57,243 nt of DNA from NCBI GenBank assembly GCA_029932465.1, contig JAOZQA010000006.1, forward strand, positions 1 to 57,243. The letters are read 5' to 3'. The position numbers and the translations under genes are program-made. Numbering within the stretch: position 1 is the stretch's first letter; every line of letters begins with the position of its first letter. A model generated the notes under the pieces. The model was not told the origin of the DNA. It was given only the letters and a program-made list of their open reading frames with translations, and made no database searches. Origin of the DNA: Thermoplasmatota archaeon (GTDB lineage: Archaea; Thermoplasmatota; Penumbrarchaeia; Penumbrarchaeales; EX4484-36). Of this stretch, positions 55,335 to 57,243 are shown piece after piece.

Positions 55335-55514
55335 GCTACCACCGCACTAAGCGGAAAGAATGAGGGTTATCTATTTTACAGTTGTTGTGAGGGTCCCTCT
55401 AGAATCTGTTTAGCGAATGATCTAGTTGTGGGGAACACATGTGCGGATAAAACATAAATATCCCTAGCCAAATCTCTCTCAGTCTTATGATTTTCTGTTC
55501 CAGGGGGTGAGAAG

Positions 55515-57243
55515 ATGGTTCGTTTGCAGGGTATATTTGTAGTTGCTGTGGCTCTTTTTCTGTCAATGATGCTGCCTTCGGGGTCTTGGTCTGTTGTGGA
55601 AGAGGGGGAATGGGGAGCCCCGGAGCCGGATTTGAGGGGGCTGGATTACGTTGTGGTGGATCCGTCGGGAGGGGGGGATTATGGGAGTATTCAGGAGGCA
55701 TTGGATGCTGTTGATGAGAACGGGACTGTGTTGATAAGGGCGGGGAACTATACGGAGAAGGTATGGATAAACCATTCCTTGACACTTATGGGGGAAGAGA
55801 AAGGAAAAGTAATCTTCAAAGTAGACGAAGCCAATGTTTCCATGATTCGCGTAAGATCGGATTATGTTAGCTTAATAAATATAACAATTGATGGAAGTTT
55901 CCATAATCTATCCTGGTATGAACAATCTCACCCTGTTACCGGAATAGAAATTGTTGGCAATCGTTCGGTGTCATATGATAACATTTATATCTCACATTGT
56001 AATCTTACTGGAATCTTTAAGGGAATAAAAATTGATGAGGCTAGTAATGTGTCATTAATTAATAATACTTTCTACAACTGCCTGCAGTCAATATCATATA
56101 ATTGTGATTTTCTGGAAGTAGAGAGGGGTTTTGGTTTAAAAGTAAAAAGAAACAAATTTGTTATTGACTTGAATGAACAACATTCCGGATTTATGGATAT
56201 TTTCATCCACGGAAACAAGATGTCCATAATTAACAATACACATATATCACGAGTGGGGGTTAGGGGAAATGGTGTATTTATTCGGGGAGGTCGGGTGGAG
56301 AATGCTAGTATAGTGGGAAATACTGTATTGGGAAATGGGGATATTATTATAGACGGAGCAGCGAATGTAACGATATCGGGGAATTACATTCAGAATGTTA
56401 TGAAAATAATAATGCGGACCCTTCCTTTTACCATAAGTAAAACTAGGCTTATTATGTCTAACACTATAATAAACTGTGACCGCATCTTAGCCTATGTGGT
56501 GGACCGGAATTACATCGTAAATGTTTCTTCTATATTGTCCTGTGATGTATTAAATAATGTGATTCTTGGCTTCTCTTATATTGATAGTTATGGGCGCGTG
56601 CTTAATAACACGATGGTGAACGGTGGGTATGTTATAGGGGATGTTATTGGGAGAAACCATTTTTCAAACTGTGAAGGACCAATAAATGGAATTGGGGTTT
56701 ATAGAAATAGTATTGTAAATTGCACTAAGGGAATAGTTGTGCGGGCACATTTTATAACAATACCAATTGAGCCGAGAATAATAAAAGACAATATTATGAT
56801 TGGATCGGGGATTCACGTGAACATAACTTATTGTCCTGGGAAAGAAGCTATAGGGAACGTATCGATAATAAACAACACAGTTGATGGTAAGCCAGTGGTG
56901 GTGTGGAATTTTACGGATAATTTGGAGATAACGGGTACAATGAACTTTTCACAGGTTATTCTATTGGGTTGTAATAATTTTAAGATACACGGGATAAAAA
57001 TTTCAAGGGAAGTGACGTATCCGATTATACAGGTGGGATTGGGGGAAGGAGGGGAGATATATGGGTGCGATTTTGGAGGAGGGGACCCAGCGATAAAGCT
57101 GGAGAAGACGAGGGAAGTGGCCATATATGGGAATAGGATAAGGGGAGGTAGGAGTGGTATAATTTTGAGGGACTCGTCTGGTATAGAGGTGTATGGGAAC
57201 ATATTTGAGGTGGGGAATGGAAGTTTTTATGATAGTGGTGGTA
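55515..57243 (+). CDS. NosD-like right-handed beta-helix secreted protein (partial, runs off right edge, not in ORF track)
   Basis: GGGGTGA RBS, MVRLQGIF.. signal peptide, VDPSGGGDYGSIQEALD..GNYTEKVWINHSLTLMG, NNTVDGKPV. Frame translated manually with no stop to the window end. Confidence 0.85.
   Translation, partial: MVRLQGIFVVAVALFLSMMLPSGSWSVVEEGEWGAPEPDLRGLDYVVVDPSGGGDYGSIQEALDAVDENGTVLIRAGNYTEKVWINHSLTLMGEEKGKVIFKVDEANVSMIRVRSDYVSLINITIDGSFHNLSWYEQSHPVTGIEIVGNRSVSYDNIYISHCNLTGIFKGIKIDEASNVSLINNTFYNCLQSISYNCDFLEVERGFGLKVKRNKFVIDLNEQHSGFMDIFIHGNKMSIINNTHISRVGVRGNGVFIRGGRVENASIVGNTVLGNGDIIIDGAANVTISGNYIQNVMKIIMRTLPFTISKTRLIMSNTIINCDRILAYVVDRNYIVNVSSILSCDVLNNVILGFSYIDSYGRVLNNTMVNGGYVIGDVIGRNHFSNCEGPINGIGVYRNSIVNCTKGIVVRAHFITIPIEPRIIKDNIMIGSGIHVNITYCPGKEAIGNVSIINNTVDGKPVVVWNFTDNLEITGTMNFSQVILLGCNNFKIHGIKISREVTYPIIQVGLGEGGEIYGCDFGGGDPAIKLEKTREVAIYGNRIRGGRSGIILRDSSGIEVYGNIFEVGNGSFYDSGG

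Noticed and set aside
1-57243. CRISPR array, rRNA, intact IS/transposase, reverse transcriptase
   Set aside because: No regularly spaced repeats or diagnostic motifs seen. The repeats present are protein-domain repeats (CARDB, DxDxDG, TPR).

Overview
Chromosomal window of an archaeon. Gene content and order point to Thermoplasmatota, and AGG/ATA codon preference with E/K-rich proteins suggests a thermophile (both inferred). Housekeeping content: nreA, asnS, the rpl44e-rps27e-eIF2a-nop10-PAC2 operon, split glutamate formiminotransferase/cyclodeaminase genes, the rps12-rps7-EF2-EF1a-rps10-tRNA-Ser operon, pgk-tRNA-Thr, purP, a MutT-like Nudix gene and PCNA. Large secreted proteins (PKD/cadherin-like, beta-helix, CARDB, lamin-tail/PLD, S8 protease), most with a C-terminal membrane anchor, and a three-gene type IV pilus motor operon are interspersed. 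A decaying ~3 kb island follows tRNA-Ser, holding a truncated tyrosine recombinase, a DUF5678-like/aspartyl-protease pair, a pore-less voltage-sensor gene and several disrupted genes. The strongest unexplained signal is a ~75-nt four-way-junction RNA candidate at 28711-28785. It has its own TATA-like promoter and T-tract and converges on a five-gene operon ending in a DEDD exonuclease-like gene. Further structured intergenic regions lie at 25590-25880 and 48945-49105. All calls were made by eye, with no database searches or folding programs.
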